DNA from: an uncultured Candidatus Rokubacteria bacterium
Lineage (GTDB): Bacteria > Methylomirabilota > Methylomirabilia > Rokubacteriales > DASRDR01
Assembly (NCBI GenBank): GCA_963708025.1
Contig: CAVPSB010000025.1
Coordinates: 418,054 to 482,053, forward strand
Reading direction: 5' to 3'
DNA: 64,000 bases
Shown here: piece by piece, positions 60,496 through 64,000 of the stretch
Layout: each line of letters begins with the position of its first letter
Position numbering within the stretch: position 1 is the first letter of the stretch
Translations under genes and position numbers: made by a program
Notes under the pieces: generated by a model
The model's input: the letters and a program-made list of their open reading frames with translations, nothing else
Database searches by the model: none
What the model was told of the DNA's origin: nothing

Positions 60496-61707
60496 TCACT
60501 TCTTGACCAGCGGGCAGTCTCCCTGGTCCAGCGGCCGGAAGGCCTGGGCGGCGGGGATGGTCGCCCGCAGCTTGTAGTAGTCCCAGGGCTTCTTCGACTC
60601 GTCCGGCTTCTTCACCTCGAACAGGTACATGTCGTGGATCTTGCGGCCGTCCGCGCGGATGGTTCCCTTGCCGAACAACGGGTCGTCGGTCGGCGTCTCC
60701 TTCATCTTGGCGATGACCTTCGTCCCGTCGTCGGTCTTGAGGGCCTCGACCGCCTTCAGGTAGTGGAGGAGCCCCGCGTAGACGCCGGCGTGGATCATGG
60801 TGGGATGGATGCCGCGGTTCCGCTCGGCGAAGCGCTTGGCGAACGCGCGCGTCTTGTCGTTCATGTCCCAGTAGAACGACTCGGTCATGATGAGGCCCTG
60901 GGCGGTCTGGAGCCCGAGGCCGTGGACGTCGGTGATGAAGACCAGCAGGCCGGCGAAGTTCTGGCCGCCCTTGGCGATCCCGAACTCGGCTCCCTGCTTG
61001 ATGGCGTTGGTCGTGTCGCCGCCGGCGTTGGCCAGGCCGATGATCTTGGCCTTGGAGGCCTGGGCCTGGAGGAGGAAGGAGGAGAAGTCGGCGGTGTTGA
61101 GCGGGTGGCGCACCTTGCCGACCACCTTGCCGCCGTTCTTCACGACGACCGCCTCGGTGTCGCGCTCCAGCGCGTGGCCGAAGGCGTAGTCGGCGGTGAG
61201 GAAGAACCAGCTGTCGCCGCCGGTCTTGACGATCGCGTTCCCGGTGCCGTTGGCCAGGGCCCAGGTGTCGTAGGTCCAGTGGACGGTGTTGGGCGAGCAG
61301 GCCTTGCCGGTGAGGTCGGAGGCCGCCGCGCCGGAGACGATGAAGGCCTTGCCCTTGTCCCGGGTGATCTGGTTGACCGCCAGGGCGACCGCCGAGTTGG
61401 GCACGTCGATGATCAGGTCCACCTTGTCGACGTCGTACCACTGCCGGGCGACGTTGGAGCCGACGTCGGCCTTGTTCTGGTGGTCGGCGAAGATGACCTC
61501 GACCTTGAGCCCCTTCTTGGCGGCGTCGAAGTCCTCGACCGCCATGCGGGCGGCCACCACCGAGCCCTGGCCGGTGAGGTCGGCGTACAGGCTCGACTGG
61601 TCGTTGAGGACCCCGACCTTGATCAGGCTGTCGGAGATCTGGGCGTGGACCGGGGCGGCCGTGACGATCAGGACCGCCAGCAGCGTCAGGATGCGGATGC
61701 TGCGCAT
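60496..61707 (-). CDS. Branched-chain amino-acid ABC substrate-binding protein
   Basis: Signal peptide; DHQNKAD and TADYAFG motifs. Confidence 0.93.
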   Translation of the reverse strand: MRSIRILTLLAVLIVTAAPVHAQISDSLIKVGVLNDQSSLYADLTGQGSVVAARMAVEDFDAAKKGLKVEVIFADHQNKADVGSNVARQWYDVDKVDLIIDVPNSAVALAVNQITRDKGKAFIVSGAAASDLTGKACSPNTVHWTYDTWALANGTGNAIVKTGGDSWFFLTADYAFGHALERDTEAVVVKNGGKVVGKVRHPLNTADFSSFLLQAQASKAKIIGLANAGGDTTNAIKQGAEFGIAKGGQNFAGLLVFITDVHGLGLQTAQGLIMTESFYWDMNDKTRAFAKRFAERNRGIHPTMIHAGVYAGLLHYLKAVEALKTDDGTKVIAKMKETPTDDPLFGKGTIRADGRKIHDMYLFEVKKPDESKKPWDYYKLRATIPAAQAFRPLDQGDCPLVKK

Positions 61708-61817
61708 GCGAGACTCCTTTCAGACTCTGGCTCGGTGCTTGTTCATTTCAGGTCTCATGGCCTGCCAACGTGCAGGCACTGCTTCGAAGGCGCTCCGAGC
61801 GCGGGCTTTGTCCGCGC

Positions 61818-61863
61818 AATCCCTCCCGGGGGAGCCTCGGAGGGGGGCCGAGCCCCCTCCGAT
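61818..61863. repeat. GC-rich hairpin related to 13791-13825
   Basis: ATCCCTCC..GG..GGAGGGGG-loop-CCCCCTCC occurs at both sites. Confidence 0.55.
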
Positions 61864-61864
61864 C

Positions 61865-62609
<745 letters not shown>

Positions 62610-62617
<8 letters not shown>

Positions 62618-63365
62618 GCGCCGTTCCCATGTAGGCTTGGATCACCTCGGGATTCTTCGAGACGCTGGCGTAGTCGCCCTCGGCCAGGACCTCTCCCCGC
62701 GCCAGCACCGTGATGGTGTGACAGAGGTGCTCGACCACGCTCAGGTTGTGCTCCACCATCAGGACCGTGCGGTTGGCGGCGACGCGCTTGATGAGCGCGG
62801 CGATGCGGGCGATGTCCTCGTGCCCCATGCCGGCGGTCGGCTCGTCGAGCAGCATCATCTCGGGATCGAGCGCCAGCGTGGTGGCGATCTCGAGCGCCCG
62901 CTTGCGGCCGTACGGCAGCTCGACGGCCGGGGTGGCGGCGAACGACTCGAGCCCCACCGCCTGGAGCAGCTCCCTCGCGCGCTCGTCGAAGCGCCGCAGC
63001 ACGGCCTCCGATCGCCAGAAGTCGAACGAGCCGCCCCGCTTCCGCTGGAGCGCGATGCGGACGTTCTCGATCACGGTCAGGTTCGGGAAGACCGCCGAGA
63101 TCTGGAAGGAGCGAACCAGGCCGAGCCGCGGGATGTCGGCCGGCCGCGCCCTGGTGATGTCGCGGCTGTTGTAGCGGATCCGGCCGCGGGTCGGGGTCAG
63201 GAACTTGGTGAGGAGGTTGAAGCAGGTCGTCTTGCCGGCGCCGTTGGGCCCGATGAGGGCGTGGATCGTCCCCCGCCGTACCCGGAGGCTCACGCCGTTG
63301 ACGGCGACGAAGCCACGGAACTCCTTGGTGAGCCCGTCGGTCTCGAGAATGACATCGGTCGCCAT
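62610..63365 (-). CDS. Branched-chain amino-acid ABC ATPase (LivG-like)
   Basis: GPNGAGKTT, RSFQ and DEPTAGM motifs. Confidence 0.94.
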
Positions 63366-63436
63366 GCAGGGCGCGTCTCCCGGTGGTCGTGGGCGCTGGG
63401 GCTGGTCGGTGCCCGCGGCGGTGGCACGCGACCTCG

Positions 63437-63465
63437 ATGATAGGCGAGGCCTTCGCTCCGCGCAA
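63437..63465 (-). promoter_or_regulatory. Putative sigma-70 promoter of the liv operon
   Basis: TTGCGC-17nt-TATCAT on the minus strand. Confidence 0.45.
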
Positions 63466-63560
63466 GCCGCCGGCGGGGCCGTCCGACCTCTGATCTACGT
63501 CCCGACGGAGGGAAAGAATGAGAGGGCGGCGCGAAGCGGCCGCCGGAAGGGGGCGAGCCG

Positions 63561-64000
63561 TCAGGGGGATACCGGCGCTGCCCCCTCGCCGGCGGCCGCG
63601 GCCGCCGCCGCGACGGCGGTCGCACCGGGCGCGGACGCCTGCGAGCTCCCGCCGCCCGGCGGGACGTAAACGGTGACCTGCCTGGACGCGAACTTGATCC
63701 CGTTCTCGTCGAACGCCTGCTTGATCCGCTGGTACGCCTCGCGCCGGATCACGAACTGCTCTCCGGGCTTGGCCATGAACTTCGCCTTGACGAGCAGGGC
63801 GCTGTCCTCCATGGCCATCACGCCCTGGGACTTGAGCGGCTGGAGCAGCTGCGACCCGAGCTCCGGGTCGGCCATGAGCTCCTGGCCGATCTGCTTGATG
63901 ATCTTCCTCACCTTCGTGATGTCGGTGTCGTACGTCACCCGGAACTCCAGCTTCTCGACCACCCAGTCGCGGCTCTGATTGTTGAGCCGCCGGATCGCCC
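63561..64000 (-). CDS. MscS-family mechanosensitive channel, C-terminal part
   Basis: NQSRDW, YDTD..KV.K.IK and PGEQF.IRR..Y..IK..F...GI.FA motifs. Confidence 0.85.
   Translation of the reverse strand, partial: AIRRLNNQSRDWVVEKLEFRVTYDTDITKVRKIIKQIGQELMADPELGSQLLQPLKSQGVMAMEDSALLVKAKFMAKPGEQFVIRREAYQRIKQAFDENGIKFASRQVTVYVPPGGGSSQASAPGATAVAAAAAAAGEGAAPVSP

Overview
High-GC (roughly 70%) bacterial chromosome segment. Gene content and style suggest a soil Candidatus Rokubacteria/Methylomirabilota-type genome; this is inference only. It is dense in ABC transporters: two peptide-type systems, a glutamate-type polar amino-acid system next to a large NAD-glutamate dehydrogenase, and a branched-chain system. 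It also carries a flavoprotein amino-acid-oxidase/halogenase cluster, a DddP-like M24 enzyme, an ETF/acyl-CoA dehydrogenase/isobutyryl-CoA-mutase-like operon, and several deletion scars with broken toxin-antitoxin loci. Many genes have single-base frameshifts, probably long-read errors. Four signals stand out. (1) A modular family of GC-rich palindromic elements sits between co-oriented genes, and several are spanned by short 'bridging' ORFs running from the upstream stop to the downstream start. (2) A sigma-54-driven di-heme peroxidase/MauG-like + cupredoxin + chemoreceptor cassette. (3) Two tandem secreted paralogs of unknown function, each with its own sigma-54 promoter and a conserved upstream dyad. 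(4) A LivM permease fused to a signal-less binding-protein domain that is probably cytoplasmic. No rRNA, tRNA, CRISPR array or transposase was recognised.
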